From: Neocallimastix sp. 'constans' | Taxonomy: Eukaryota | Reading direction: 5' to 3' | Assembly (NCBI GenBank): GCA_050613775.1 | Contig: JBODTK010000010.1 | Span: forward strand, 992,001 to 1,056,000 | DNA: 64,000 bases | Shown: one piece after another, positions 25,959 through 39,817 of the stretch | Layout: each line of letters begins with the position of its first letter | How positions within the stretch are numbered: position 1 is the stretch's first letter | Position numbers and translations under genes: made by a program | The notes under the pieces: generated by a model | What the model was told of the DNA's origin: nothing | The model's database searches: none | The model's input: only the letters and a program-made list of their open reading frames with translations

Positions 25959-28900
25959 TTAACGAGAGTAAGGATGATAACCATGATTATTTCTGGGGCT
26001 AACACCCATATACATAGTGGAACCATTCATATCATTTTCTTCATCATTATTATCATTATTATTATTCATATTTTTATGACCATTATTATCATTTCCACTA
26101 TGACTAAGATGACTATGATGATTACTATTACCATATCCGTTTGAAGAGGAAGAACTACTATTTGAATTCATACGAGCAATGGGTGGTGGTGGTCCATTAA
26201 AAGGTACATAATTATTACTATAAATATTCATACCATAACCACTATAGACATTATAGTTGGGATTATTACCACCAGAAAGTGGTAATTGAGATGGAGGAGG
26301 ATTTGAACTATAATTTATATTGGGATTAGAATTTCCATGATTACCATTACGATAGTAATTATTAGATGAATTTGAATTTCCTCCATTACTGTTATTACGA
26401 CTATTATCATTACCATGAGCATTATAACTGCTACTATGACTATCATTACTACTAGCACTATTCGTATTACCACCACTACCACTATTACCATTACCATTAC
26501 CATTACCACTACTATTGTATGGGTGACTTCCTTGAGAATAACCTCCCATACCACGATTAATATAACCAGTAGGATAGGTAGCTGTACCATTAATATAAGG
26601 TTGTGGATTACCATAACCAGGTATTGGAGCCATATTATAATTATCATATTCATAACCTATATAACCAGCTGCAGCTGGGCTACCGTAAGGATTATAGTTA
26701 TAGGTGGTATACATATTCATATTATTTAAATTGTAACGAGAGTATTGGAAATCTTGTGGATAAGCATGACTATGTTGATTACGAATAGGTCCTACTTGTC
26801 CAGAACGCATATTTTGCTGATAATATTTTTGTCCTTGTTTATTCTTTGGAGAATACTGACCCGTAGAAGAATTACTTTTAGCTATTTTTGGTGGTGGCAT
26901 CTGTTGTGGAGGTGGTTGTGAAGAAATATTAATGACTCCCATACCCATAGGTATACCTATTGGTAATCTCATATTCATCGTATTTATTCCATTCATATTT
27001 ATCATCATAGGATTGATACCGTTTGATGATTTTGGTTTTGGCGCAGCATATTTTACTTCAACCTTCTTTCCATTTAAAGAAATATTATGACGGTTAGCAT
27101 AGGCAGCTTCGACACCACGACCATCTTCATAGGTAATAAAGCCAAAACAACGTGACTTTCCTGTATCTTTGGCTGTAATTAAAGTGGCATCAATGATTTT
27201 ACCGAATGAATCAAATGCTTCTTTGAATTGTGCTTCTGTCACATCTGGATGAATACCTCCAACAAAAACTTTTTCGGTTTTATCTTGTCTGTCTCTTGGA
27301 ATAGCCCTTTTTGGGTCAATCTAATATATTAAATTATACATTATAAATAAATAATTATTGTTAAATTTATATGCTCAATCATTATAGATTTATAAATTTT
27401 TAATTATATATATATAATTTTTTTTTTTTTTTTTTTTTTTGCATCATTTTTAATTTGTATAATATATTTATTTGTTTATATATATATATATTTCTTTGAT
27501 TTATTTCAATTTTTATGTTTATTTATTATTATTATTATTACTTATTCATTAATATATATATATATATATATATTATTACTATTAAATTTTTATATTTTCA
27601 TTTATATCTCTTCCTTTTTTTATTATTTATAATAAGTAATAAGTAATATAAATTATTATTATTATTATTATTATTTTTATTTTATTTTTATTTTTTTTTA
27701 AGTTTTATATATTACTTTATAATTTTTTTTATCTTAAAATATATATAAATTAATATATAATTATATGAAAAATTATATATTTAAATAAATTTACCGTTTT
27801 TCCATCTAAAATATGATTCATTTCTAATACTTTATCTAATACTTCTGGATTTTCATAAGTAATGAAACCAAAACCTCTTGAACAACCATTATTATCTTTC
27901 ATTACAGTACATTCGGTAATTTTACCATATTGTTCAAAGTGTTCTCTAAGTTTTTCTGATTTTCATAATATGTTTATATAATAAATTTAATTGAAATTAT
28001 TAATATAAAATAAAATATAATAAAATATATATTAAGAATAATAATTATAAAAAAAAAATTTTTTTTTTTTCATATGGCCTAATATTTATATATATAATTT
28101 TTTTTTAAAGTTTATCAATTTTTGGTCAATTTATTTAACCTTATAATTATTTTTTTTTATACTTTCTTTTTTTATTGCTTATTTATTATTATATATTTGA
28201 TTTCTATTATATAAATATATGTGTATTTTTTTTTCTTAAATGATAATATATATTCTATTTGTTTGTAATATTTGTTATGATATTTTGTTTTATTATATCA
28301 TACGAGTTTTATAGATTACTATTTTTATATAATATTAATTTAATAAAAATTTGTTAAATATTTGTAGTGTTTGCTATTAACTAGTAGTGATTATATTATT
28401 TATCATATATTATTTAATGTATTGTAATAGTTTATTAAATTAAATTAAAATTTTGTCATATTATTAATTTTAATTTAATTAATATAAAAAATTTTTTTTC
28501 CATAAAATTTAAGGTTTGAAAATTGAGTTTTTTCTTGGTAATTATATTAACACATATATTTGTTTAATATTGCTTAATATACTATGACAAAATAAAACTT
28601 TAAAAATTTTATTTCCATTTTAATTCTGGCATTTGCCAATGAAGTAAAAAAGGTGTAAATGAATAAACCACATATGACTATTTAATATTTTAACCTCTAT
28701 AAAAAAAAAAAATTATTTAAACACCCTAATAGATTTAAATAATAAATTTAAACTTACCATCTGTAGTTTCATACGTTAAACCACCGATGAATATTTTTCT
28801 ATAAATATAATACATATTATAAAAATATTATGCAATGAATAAAAAATTAATATATATATATTTTTTACTAAACTAAACTAAATAATTATTTTTAATTTAT

Positions 28901-30051
28901 TATCTATCTATATTATATAAAATTTTTAAAATCTGTTTTTATCAATTAATTTATCATTTTTTTTTTAAAATTTCTTTAGTAGTATTATTAATATAAACAA
29001 ATGAAATATATTCTATCTTTATTATTATATAACTAATATTATAATAATAAAATCTAAATGATAAAGTTTATATAATACTTATATAGAAATTTTAATTTTT
29101 ATTCATCCATTTATCTATTATTACTATTATTACTTTTTTTTATTGTTTTGATTTAAAGTTAATTTATTAATTAAAAAAAAAAAAAAAATACCCTGCATTT
29201 TCAATTTTATCTGAAGAAAAACCATTAAGAAAATCAGATTCTTCCGTATTCATTGAGACATTCTCATTTTCTGTAATAGCAGTTTCTGATTCTTTTTCAT
29301 TGATATTTGATATAGAAGAGGATGATGGAGGAATAAAATCATCCTTTTGTTCTAAAATTTCTGGATCATTATGATCCATGGTTAATTTGGTCTGGATAGT
29401 ATCTTCATTATTAATAATTTTGTCATCATTTATTGTTGGTATAGCTGAAGAAGAAGAAGGAGTTTTAAAGGTATTACTAATATTAGAATTATCTTTAGTT
29501 AATTTTTTGTCTAATTTTTTTTGAATATCTTTAATATTTTTAACAGGATTTTTAAGATTGCTATTGTTATTATTGTTATTATTACTATTTTTGCTGTTGT
29601 TATTACCGTTATAAATACTATTATTACCCGCATTGCTATAATTTTGTCTATTTTTTTTATTACCTCCTCTACTACCGTTATAGTAACGACCATTATTTGA
29701 AAAATCTGACTTCATTGAACTACTACTGTTCTTATAATTCAGCTTATTTTGGTTATTACGATAGTTACCTTTGTAGCCTTTATTACTATTATTACGATTA
29801 TAAAAACGATTAGAATCTTTACTTTTTCTACCTTTATTATCATTAAAATTTATAGCATCTTTATCTTTCGTTGAAACATCTTCATTTTTTTCTTGTGAAT
29901 TATTATTATTATTATTATTGGTATCTATAATCATATCATTTTCATTATGAGAATTTCCTTCTTCTTCTGAAGGTTTATTTTTATTAACTTTTGGTTGTTC
30001 CTGATTCAGTGAACTGGAAGAGGGAATATTATTAATAGTTGTAGTTAACAT
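25959..30051 (-). CDS. HRP1: Hrp1/Musashi-family two-RRM RNA-binding protein, 4 exons, about 807 aa
   Basis: Exons 30051-29192, 28798-28758, 27955-27795, 27320-25959, in phase. RRM1 KIFIGGLTYETT...SRGFGFITY...HILDGKTIDPKRAIPRD, RRM2 KVFVGGIHPDV...KSRCFGFITY...VEVKYAAPK. The linker IDPKRAIPRDxQDKT and C-terminal PY-NLS (RNNHGYHPYSR) closely resemble yeast Hrp1. Confidence 0.88.
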
Positions 30052-30295
30052 TTTTTTTTTTTCCTTTTTATTATTATTAATTATTATTATTAGTATATTT
30101 TTTTTAAAAGATAATTAAAAGTCAAAGGGTATATTAAAAGAATTAAAAAAGAAAATAAATTGTAAATAATATAATTATAAAATTATATTTATATTATTTA
30201 TATTTACTTCTATATATTAAAAAGAATATAATACAAAAGTAAGTTTGTTTATTGTCGATTATTATTTAAAATTTCTATAAAAATATTGAATAAAA

Positions 30296-30339
<44 letters not shown>

Positions 30340-31230
30340 AAATAGTATTTATATTAATTATATTAATTTATGGTTATTTTTAAAAAAAGTATTAAAAGGA
30401 CATTAAATAATCATTTATGAATTATTTTATATTTTTGTAACACGTTTAAGCATTTATAATTAGTTAATTTAGTTCATCATACGTAATTATATTATCTATA
30501 ATAAATAATATATTAATATAAAATATAAAATAATTATAATAAATATATATATTATATTAATTAGTATATTTAAATAGAAATAGTAATAAATATATATATA
30601 AATTAAACTATTTATACAATTTTAAATATTTTATATACATTTAAAAAATAATATATATTTTTTAATTTTATAAATTTTTTATAGGTTGGTATTATTATTC
30701 AATCACATTATTTAATTAATAAATTATTGTAAAAGAGTTATCGCTTTATTATATTTCATTTATAAATAAGAAATATTTATTTTTTTATTTATTTATTTAC
30801 AATTTTATTATATGTTTATTTTTGTTTTTTAGTATTTATTTAATTGTACTAAAAAAAGAATTGAGTTTAGGCAAATACTATAGTGAATTGTTTATTACAA
30901 CGGTTTTTGAATTTATATTCTGAATATATTTAATTTATTTTTATTTAAAGAATACAAATCAAACAAATATTAGTTTGAAATGATATATTAATCTTTAGTT
31001 TTATTTTATTTATTATTTACTACACTTTTTATTATTTCTTTTTTTCTTATATATATATATAAAAGCAGGAAGAACATAACAAATAATGATTATTAAATAA
31101 ATAATTAATAATTGAAAAGCTTAATTTATTATATTTAAATATTTCTTTATTAATTTTAAACCTATTTTCATTATTATATATACTTTTTTTTAGTATAATC
31201 CTTCTTTTATTGAAATAAATAATATTGATA

Positions 31231-31261
<31 letters not shown>

Positions 31262-31430
31262 TTTTATTAATCCTTTGAAGGCAATTAGGATAATTATTGT
31301 TTAAATGTATTTATTGTTTTTCGTTAAATATATATATTTTTTCTTTTCTTTCTTAATTAAATCTAATATTTAAATAATAAAAATACCTTTTATATACAAA
31401 TTTAAGTTTATTTTATATTATTACACAAAT

Positions 31431-31473
<43 letters not shown>

Positions 31474-33789
31474 AAAAAAAAGTTTATTATTATTAACAAT
31501 ATTATTATTAAAATTATTATTTCATTTTACTTTATTTTTATTTTAATAATTGAAATTACCAATTATTTAAATAAATAATAAAATAAAATGAAGAAATAAT
31601 ATTATTAAAAAAAAAAAAAAAGGAAAAAAAGAAGCAAAAAGAACTTTTGTTATGAATAAGAATAAAAATATATATATATATATATAAAATACAAAACAAA
31701 TAAAGAAGAAAGAAAGATATATAAAAAAAAAAAAAGAATTTTATATTTTATTATTATTTATTTATTTATTTATCGATTAATAAATTATAAATAAATAAAT
31801 AAATAAAAAAATAAATAAAAAAATAATTAGAAAAAGCAATAAAAATAATTTATATATATATTAGATATATTAGATATATTATCATTTATATATATTAATA
31901 CTATTTAATTATAAAAATATTTAAAAAAAGAAATAAGTGAATATTTATTTAGTTATTCATTTATATCTATTATTTTAATAAATAAACGAATAATTAATAA
32001 ATTAAATAAATAATAATTAAAAAAAAATATTTGGTATATGAATAATAACGTTTGTGGGATGATGAATAGAATGACATTTTATATAATTTTAAAAAATTTT
32101 ATGTATAAATTATTTCTATATATATTCTATATTATTATAAATCAGACGAAACATTATTTATAAATTTATTAAACAAATTTATTAATATTTAAAATTTAAA
32201 TTTAAAATCTATATATTTTATATTTAAATTTATATATTTTATATTTAAAATTAATATATTTTATATTTAAAATTTATATCATTGTAAAATTATTATTTTA
32301 TTTAGTATTTTTATAAACTTATTGCACACTAAAATAAATGAATGAATAACATATAAATAAATAAATGGCAAAATTAAATTATATAGTTTACATTCAATTA
32401 TTTATTTTTTATTCATGCTTTCATTCACTTATTAAATAAAAAAAGTGATAATATATTAAATATATATTGTAATAAACATAAATTTTTAATTAAAAAATAA
32501 ATTAAATAATAAATTAAATAATAAATTACAATAAATTAATCCATATATTTTGTATATATAATAAAATGAGTAATAATTTAATTTTAAAATTATTTTTTTT
32601 TTAGTCTATTTCAAAAATGGAAAAGATTAATATTTAGGTAGTTTGTAATATATGAACACTATATTCTCTTTACATTATATATATACTTTATACATTTATT
32701 ACAATTAAAAATTATTTAAAATGAATAAATTAATATATTAATATGAATTATTCATAAATAAAATTATACTTTATATAATAAAAAAAATATAAAATAATAA
32801 TATATTAAGTATAATTTTATTTATATTATTATTTTATATTTTATTTTATTATATATTTATTCTTTTCTTTTAATACAATTTATATATTATGTTATATTGA
32901 AATATACTTTTTATATATATGTCAATAGCTATTTCATATCTTAAAAAGTAATAGCTGTATATTAGATTATACTTATTACGAATACTTTATATCACCAGAC
33001 TTTATTGACAATATATGTAATCTAATTTATTCAATTCATTTGAGTTGCATTGACATCTTATTTAATTTTTTTTTAAATTTTAATTTGTTAAAAAAAAAAT
33101 AAAATTTTTAGTGTCTTTCCATATTCGGAAGGTATTCCAAAAAGAAGAAAATTTGGTTTTAAAATGGATTCAAATAAAAAAAAAGGAAAAAAAAGGGAAA
33201 AGTTAACAATTATGCAAAAGTCAATTTAACACTCTTAGAATTGAAAGTGGAGTAAAAAAAAAAAAAATAAAGTGTACGAAAGCTAAAAGTATTGAAGTAG
33301 GATTAATGTCTTTATTACTGCACACTGAGAAAATAACAAGACTTGAGGAAACATGAAAAATTAATTTATATCAATTAATGATAATATTTATTCGATATAT
33401 TATTTACATCCATCGTTGTTTATAAGAAATTTTAATATGAAATATTGTTATTAATATCATAAAATATTCAATAGAACATATTGCTGCCTGCATTTATATA
33501 AGTGCGTTATTTTTACTAAAAAATAATAAAAAATAAAAATAATAATAATAATAATAATTTCATTTTTTGCTGTTTTGTTTTTATTTTTTGTTATTATCTA
33601 TTTATAATCTTTCTAATATCAATTTTTATTAATTGAATTATTTTGAATTGCAAATTCATTTCATTATACAGCAATACTGTACTACTTTTTGTATGCTTTT
33701 TATTTTTTTTTTTTTTTTTTTATTATTTTTATAAAAAGAAAAAAAAATTCTATTCAATATAGAAGTTGATTAAGTTGATTAATATATAA

Positions 33790-34260
33790 CAAAGAGTATT
33801 TAATAAATAATAAATAATTGAATAATAAATAATAAATAATAAATAATAAATAATTGAATAATAAATAATAAATAATAAATAATAAATAATTGAATAATAA
33901 ATAATAAATAATAAATAATAAATAATAAATAAAATTAAATAATAAAAATAAAGAGTATTTACTAATAAATAATAAATAATAAATAATAAATAATAAATGA
34001 TAAATAATAAATAATAAATAATAAATAATAAATAATAAATAATAAATAATAAATAATAAATAATAAATAATAAATAATAAATAATAAATAATAAATAATA
34101 AATAATAAATAATAAATAATAAATAATAAATAATAAATAATAAATAATAAATAATAAATAATAAATAATAAATAATGAATAATAAATAATAAATAATTGA
34201 ATAATAAATAATAAATAATAAATAATAATAATAAATAAACTAATAAATATTATTAAATAA
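33790..34260. repeat. (AATAAAT)n heptamer satellite array, same family as the 19.1-20.0 kb array
   Basis: Near-perfect AATAAAT tandem run at about 33960-34180 with AATTGAAT variants. Confidence 0.88.
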
Positions 34261-35358
34261 TTATTAATGAATATTCAATATTAGATTATAAAAAAATAAT
34301 TATAACAAAAAAAAAACCAAAATATTATAAATCACTATATATTTCTTTGCTATTTTGATATATAAATAATAGCTATATATTTAATTAAAATGGGTCAATA
34401 ACTATAAAAATTAATAATCATTCATTATTTAATATTTAATATTTAATATTCATATTATTTAAGTTATTATTATTAATACAACCTTTATATGATTATTATT
34501 TATTATTTATTATTTATTATTCAATTATTTATTATTAAGTAATAAATAATTAATTTCTAATTATATTTTCAAAAAAATTTTAAAAAAAAACATAAAATCA
34601 AAATATAATAAATAAAGTTTTAATGTAGTCTATTATTTCCTTTTGTTATTACGAATGAAAACTTTAATTTATAACTAAATTCATATCATATTAAAATTAT
34701 TTTTTTGGCTTAAACTCAAATTAAAAAATAAATGAATTTTTCATTTGATATATATATTTCAATATACTTATAATATATAAAATGAAATAAATTGGAAATA
34801 AACAAAAGCGTCATCATTCATTATGGAAAATAAAGTTTTAAGTAAAATTATTTATTCAATATAATAGTATATATTCTATTATATGATTACCTTATTCAAT
34901 TTAATCTGCTTTTCAAATAAAATAAATAAAAATTTGAATGAACATCATATATAATATATAGTTCTATAATAGACAGCGAAATAATCTTTATATGCTCGTG
35001 TATATTTATAGTTTATATACTCTAATAAATAAATTTAAAACTTTATTTATAATAAATGTAATATTAATAAAGGTTATTCTAAATTCTAAAAAAATTAACA
35101 TTTATTATTTCTACAGACACTTTTTGTATTACACATACCATATATTATGAATCAAATGGAAAGTAATTAAAATATATTGGAGTAGTTGTTCACTTATATA
35201 TAAAAGCATTTTTTTTAAATTTTTTTTTTTTAAAAAAAAAAGTTTAATAGAATAATGTGATATTGAAATTAATTAATTTAATATAAAGTGGTTAATCTTA
35301 AAAAAAGAAAAAATTAAAAAATTGAATTAAATAGCAAATATGAATAAAAGTGGATGAA

Positions 35359-35394
<36 letters not shown>

Positions 35395-35515
35395 CAAAAG
35401 TAAGTGAATAAAAATAAATTATAATGTTCGTATGTTAATAGATACTTTTTGGTTAAAAATTGGTTTATTTAATTTAAGGCCTTTTTTATTTATTTAATTA
35501 TGAGAATTTTAATAA

Positions 35516-35582
<67 letters not shown>

Positions 35583-35635
35583 TAATAATAACTATAATAA
35601 TAATTATAACTATAATAATAATAATTATAATTATA

Positions 35636-35666
<31 letters not shown>

Positions 35667-36124
35667 TAGTATTTTTAAATAGTATTCATTTAAACATTTG
35701 GTCATTTGGTGGTAAATTTAATTTTTGGCTCTAAGATGTTGATAATTTATGTTACACTATGCATGTATTTATATAATAAATATATATATATAATATATAA
35801 AATATATAATAATAAAAATACACACATATATAAGATGGTTATTTAATTTTATTAGTTAATGTGTAATTTTTTTTTTAATATTTTATTTTCCTTTAAAATT
35901 CTACCAAGATTATTTAATAAATGGTATTACGGAGATAAAACAGTAACTATTAAACCAAATAATAATGTCATTTTAAATTAATTATAAAATTAAAAAATTT
36001 TATGAGAAATGTTAATATAATAGTAGTAATAAACTTTTATTGAATTCCTTATCATTATAATAATATTTTGAGTTGAAAAAATGTGATGTTTAGTTTAAAA
36101 GCAATAAAATAAAATAAAATAAAA

Positions 36125-36440
36125 TAAATAGAAGAAATATAAATATAAAGTACAGATTTGAATATAATAAAATAAAATAAAATAAAAAGTGGAATATTAA
36201 ATATAAAGCACAGATTGAATAAAATAAAATAAATAGTTGAAATATAAATATAAAGTACAGATTGAATAAAATAAAATAAAATAAAATAAAATAAAATAAA
36301 ATAAAAATAAAATAAAATAAAATAAAATAAAATAAAATAAATAGTAGAAATATGAATATAAAATACAGATTGAATAAAATAAAATAAATAGTAGAATATT
36401 AAATATAAAGTACAGATTGAATAAAATAAAATAAAATAAA
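36125..36440. repeat. Minisatellite with core AAATATAAAGTACAGATTGAATA separated by variable (AAAAT)n
   Basis: Five ACAGATT-containing copies, with cores near 36150, 36208, 36255, 36363 and 36410. Confidence 0.88.
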
Positions 36441-37080
36441 ATAGGATAGGATATAATAAAAAAAATAATAAAATTAAAAAAAAAAATTATTATATGATGA
36501 TAAAATTAAAATAGATATATATATATTTAACATTATAAAATTAATATCAATATATATAAAACTTTGTATATAAATAATAAAAGTATTTATTAAATATATA
36601 TATATATGTATTTTATCAATTCTTTCGTTCTTTTGAATTATTTATGGTATTTTGTTTTTTTTTTTTTTTCTAATAAACAATTTTTTGTATTATATTTTTT
36701 TTATGATAATTTTTCTAAAATTATTATTATTAAATAATAATTTAATTTATATATATATAGATATATATACCAATATAAAATTAAGAAAATAAAAAAGAAT
36801 TACGATCTATAAAATATATAAAATATAATGATATATAAAATATAAAAAATATAATAAGATATACAAAATATAAAAAATATAATAAGATATATAAAATATA
36901 AAAAGTATTTTATATTATATATATATTTTTTAATTATATAATATTTTTTTTATTTTTAATTTTATTTTTTTTTAAAAAAAATAAAATATTTTTTTATATT
37001 ATTATAATTATTTAATTATTTAATTATTATTAAAATAACATTCATTTGTGTAACCATAATTTAAGTTAACTTTTCATGTA

Positions 37081-37115
<35 letters not shown>

Positions 37116-38218
37116 TTATAATTATTTAACAATTTTTTTTTTTTAACAGTTTAATATTAAATGTTTTAAAATTGTTAACTCAATGTTGAATACTTTATTA
37201 CTTTTTTTCATAAAGTGTAGATATACTTTATTTAATATTGATTTATATTTTATTGATTTTATTTTATCTATTTTTATTACTTATTACTATTAATTATTTT
37301 ATTTATTATTATTTATTATCTATTTTTAATTAATTATTCATTTGCTTCTACTCCCCACTATGTAATAAATTCTTTATTTACTACTACTAAATTATAAGTT
37401 ATTCTATTCTTTAATAATTTATATTATTATGTATAAAGTTATTTAATTATGTTATTACGTTATATATATTAATTATTAAATTATTATTAGATAATAAAAT
37501 AATAAAACAATTTAAGAAATAATAAAATTTTATATAAAGTTAAAACCTATATTTTAATAATTAATTTAAAGTAGTTCACTATATTTATAAATGTATTTTC
37601 TCTCTCTCTCTCTCTCTTTTTTTTTTTTTTTCTCTTAAGCAAATAGATTGAAAGAAAAAAAGAAAGAAAAAATTTATATAGTTAATTAATTTATTATTTT
37701 TATTATTTTTATTATTATTATTTTTTTTTAATTTGTTAAAATAATTATATATTTAACTATTTAACTGTAACTGTACTGACTAAAATAATAAAAAGCTCTT
37801 TTTTTTTTTTATTTTTTATTTTATTTTTTTTTTAATACAAATTAAATAAATAAAATTTGTTTAATTTAAATAAAATAAAAAATAAAAAAAAAAAAAAATA
37901 AAGGTAAAATAAAAAAGTTTATAAAAATTATATAAAATTATATACCATAATTATTTATTTAATAGGTAAGAATACTTATATATCTACATTTAAATATAAA
38001 TAAAAAAAAAAAAATATAAATATATGTTTTATTTTTATTTGTTATACATATATATTTTTTGTTTTATTAATTTATTGCTATTATTATTATTATTTATTAT
38101 TTTATATATATAACATTTTATATATATAAAAGTTATAAAAGTTTTATATATTTATATATATTTATATAATATTTATATTTTAATAAATTATAATTATTTA
38201 TTATTGTGAATATTTTTT

Positions 38219-38269
<51 letters not shown>

Positions 38270-38374
38270 AATATTTATAATTCTAATAAAAATTTTATTA
38301 TTACTATTTTTTATTTTTATTTTATATTTATAGTTTTATTTTTTATTTTTTTTTTTTTTTTTTTTTTTTCTATT

Positions 38375-38831
38375 CTACATTTCAAATGACCAAATTTCTA
38401 ATGAAAGAATTTGAAAGTGAACCGATGAAGATAATGGTTCATTAAAGAAGGCGGTACATTCAGAAGATTGTCCATTTTGAATATCTATTGAAATTAATTA
38501 ATTAATTAATACATATATAATAGATAATAGTTAATATATTAGATAATAACATAATAAATTTAAATATTTTTATTATTTTATTTAGAATTTATTATTAATT
38601 AATATTCAATTCAATGAATTCATTATATTATTTTATTAATATTGAATTTTATATATAATAATAATATTTGTTATTTACCTTCATCAATATATAAACCATA
38701 ATTACCATTACTTAATATATATATATTTAAATAAAATTTTATATAAAAAAAAAATAATAATATTTAGTTAGTATTATTATGATGATAATTTAAGCAGTCT
38801 TAATTATTAATATTATTATCATTAAAACTCC

Positions 38832-38886
<55 letters not shown>

Positions 38887-39772
38887 ACTGTTAAACATTA
38901 AAATGATTGTATATAATTATTATCATATTTATAAATAAAACTATTTTTTATAATCATCATCATCATCATCATTGTTACTAAAACTATAATATTATTATTG
39001 TTGAAAAAACTTTTGTTTTTTTTTGTAATTTTTGTAATGATCATTATTAAAAAAGTCATATTTTACAATTATGGCTATTATTAATTATTATTACTATTAA
39101 AGCTATTTATTATCATTATTATTATAGTTATTAAAATTTTTTTATTATTATCATTATTAAAACTATCTTTCATAGTTAATACTATTATTATTATTATTAT
39201 TAAAACTATTTTTTATAGTTAATACGATGATTATCATTATTAAAACTATTTTTTATAGTTAATACGATGATTATCATTATTAAAACTATTTTTTATAGTT
39301 AATACGATGATTATCATTATTAAAACTATCTTTTATAGTTAATACGATGATTATCATTATTATTAAAATTATCTTATATAAACAATACTATTATTAATAT
39401 TTAATATTTTATTATTTTTTATTTTTTTATTTTTTTTATTTTTTATAATAATTATTATTTTAATTATTATTATTAAAAATATTTTATTGCTATAAATTAT
39501 TATTAAATTTATTTTATTTATTTTTATTTTTATTTTTATTTTTTTTTTTTTTTATAATTATCATTATAATTATAAAAATATATATATATATAACTTCTTA
39601 GCTATTTACCCTCCACCAATGGCAATATAATCAGCTTCAGAGTGAATAAAGAATTCATTAGAACCGGAAGTTGGATACATCTTTAAACCTCCTTTAACAT
39701 ATTTCCATAGGAAACTATTATAAAAAAAAAAAAAAAAAAGAAAGAAAGAAAAAGAAAAGAAATTATTAGATA

Positions 39773-39817
<45 letters not shown>

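Noticed and set aside
32055..32150. ATGATGA box C-like motif suggesting a C/D snoRNA
   Set aside because: No downstream CTGA box D or terminal stem on the same strand.
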